DNA of 64,000 nucleotides from Bugula neritina (lineage: Eukaryota > Animalia > Bryozoa), in the NCBI GenBank assembly GCA_964035545.1, contig OZ037771.1:15719289-15783288 (forward strand). The letters are read 5' to 3'. This document shows, piece after piece, positions 61,701-64,000 of the stretch. The notes beneath the pieces are model-generated. The model did not search any database and had not been told where the DNA came from. It saw nothing but the letters and a program-made list of their open reading frames with translations. Numbering within the stretch: position 1 is the first letter of the stretch; every line of letters starts with the position of its first letter. Made by a program: the position numbers and the translations under genes.

Positions 61701-64000
61701 CAGTTACAGGAGACTAAGCACGTGATGAATTACGGACGGCTGAACACGTCTGCTGCACTGTCATTATAGTAAGTTGTTAACTGAAATTGTCATTGCACGA
61801 AGGTAATCCTTTATTTATAGCATTTTATTTAATATTTTTTACTAACCTTTTGCTGATTGTTAATCTGTATTTATTCATAGGCTTGGAATTCACATTGAAT
61901 ATTGTATTTAATTGATAGGTTACTAGTGTTACTCATTTCTAGTCAATTTGATTCTGCAGTCATTTGAGCAGATGCAACTGCAAGGCTTATAGTTATAATG
62001 AATTTCAATTTAGCTTAGCTTCAAGTTGGCTTAATTTCAACATAGCTTTTACCCTTTTTTTTCTCTGGTCTGTTGAATTAAGCTACAAAACCAATACTAC
62101 GAATAATAGTATAATTGAAATCAAATGTTTTAATTTTTTTCGCTATAGCCTTACCAGTGCAATCAAGTTGAACTTATGCCCAATGATTTCATTTGTTTGG
62201 CTTTATTTTAGTTAGGCTACATACCCATCATGGTCATAATCATTCCTCGAAATTGACAAGTTGAATATTCAGTTTAAGCTGCTGTAACTATAAAAGCAAG
62301 TTATGTTTCTGATTCAAAGAAATTTCTTTCCTGGTTCTGTAGACTATGTTTATTCTATCACGATGTAAATTTCCAATACTCTAGATTTTAGAGCCTATGC
62401 CTATATGAGCTGTCTCATACATGTCTGTCATTTATTCAAAAATTTTAATTTGTCAAATGTCTTTTTGTTCTTTAGAATGTTTCTGAGCAGCTCAGATATT
62501 CACACATTAGAGAACATATGGTCTTCACCAGGAAGTTAGGACCTAGCCAACTGTGGTCAGTTCTGAGAGCCCCATCTTGGTTATAATTAGGTATTCATTA
62601 TTTATGATAACTTACTGTGTTTTCAATTTTACAGGATTATAAGGAAAGAACTATCTTGTGCTTCTTGTATTCTTCTTGATAACTGATGTCCATAATTCAT
62701 GTATATCTATTTCAGTTTGAAGTAGTGAAAAAGTTATGTTTTTTTCATTATTTTAGTCTTGTTAACTCCAAGTTTTGTGGAATTGTTCAAATTAATCACT
62801 TGTAGTCAGTAGACTAGTATCTCAGCTTTGCAAACATTTACTATTAGCAAATTAAAATGAAATGTTTTATATATTAAGGTAGTTTAGAATATTTATTGTC
62901 TGTTTTGTAGTTGTGTTTAACCACATGCAGATAGAAGTCACCTTGCTATCAAGACCAGTTTTATATCTGTGATATACTCATAAGCCAACATGTAGCAGTT
63001 GTCTTCTCTCCATGTTTGATTCATCAAAACCTTTCATCAGTTCAGGTTTGTGTCTAAATGAATTGTTTATTGTAAAAATATTTACTCTTTCCCTGCGTTA
63101 TGTGCTATTAGATTTTAGCATTCATAAAGCTACTACCAGTGCATGGCAATGAGGTAAAATCAGTTGACCCATGATATCTGCTCCTTAGTACTTTTATTGT
63201 AGCTTCTAGGGGATAGTTACTCTCATAAATGATGTTAGATTCAGCTTCTGATCTACCCTTCCTTTGGACAAAGTTTAATTTAAGATAAGCATAACAAGCA
63301 GCGTTACTATTCAAATAGTGAAGCATGTGCTTTTGATAAAAGTGGCAATATAATTGTATAAGGTGTAGAATATATAACTTTGTAAAGTTGTGCACATAGA
63401 ACTGTATAGAGTGATGATTAAAATGCAACTGTGTGAGTGTGGTACATAAAATATTCATACTATATGTTCTGTTAGCTATGAACTCCACTGTTGATTGATT
63501 TTGCAGTGTAACACTTGGCTGTTCTGCTTTTAGTTTTAAAAAATTATGGCTGTTTATTTCATTCAAGAATTTCCAAACATGTTTCTAATAAAAGTTAAAA
63601 CAGCCCATTGTAAAGGCTCTTACAAACCTTACCCAGCTTTAGCTATGTATGTAACCTCCCTGGCTCAAACCCAGTGTTGGTTTGTTTCACTTATAGGCTA
63701 CTGATTGCTGCTTCCTTCTGGATGGTTTGGTATTAGTTGGAGTTGTTTGATCTTTGCTTGACCTGAACTATTTTCAGACTGAGGTGAACTGCATACTACT
63801 CTATTTGAAGTGTGAGGTTAGCCGGTTATTATACCTTTTGCATGTCTAATTTTTCAGTAGTGCGTGTTAGAATTTTTGTATCCGTATCAGCTGTGATGAG
63901 AAGTAGACTTAATTTCTGTCAACATAAAACATATTATAGCCAGGAGAATATAAGCTCAGTAAAAGTGAAAATATATGCATCTTATCCTTGTTTGTCTGAA

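Noticed and set aside
60740-64000. Exon-like segments and ORF 63108-63566 in the last 3 kb
   Set aside because: Candidate exons on both strands contain stops in the frames tried and show no recognisable motif; a gene cannot be supported.

Overview
Animal (invertebrate-type, AT-rich, GT-AG intron) genomic DNA. It holds five intron-rich + strand genes that I spliced by hand: a 5'-truncated P5B-type ATPase (ATP13A3-like), a 4-coumarate-CoA-ligase/luciferase-like acyl-CoA synthetase, COG3, a ZDHHC2/15/20-clade palmitoyltransferase, and an uncharacterised single-pass receptor-like protein (discoidin-like, NHL, Ig-like, EGF/EB, TM, repetitive tail). There is also a small His/Asp-repeat ORF of unclear affiliation, an intact very young Ty3/Gypsy (Mag-type) LTR retrotransposon on the - strand, and a few MITE-like relics. 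The dominant unexplained signal is architectural. Nearly every internal intron longer than about 130 nt, and several 3' UTRs, carries its own private minisatellite (about 50 different units, mostly 9-45 bp). Many arrays start at or span the splice junction and so create runs of decoy donor or acceptor sites. The units reuse branch-point-like or anti-donor words (TACTTAC, TACTCAC, TACCTG) and short palindromes. First introns and intergenic DNA lack such arrays. Most long low-complexity ORFs in the ORF track are read-throughs of these repeats, not proteins.
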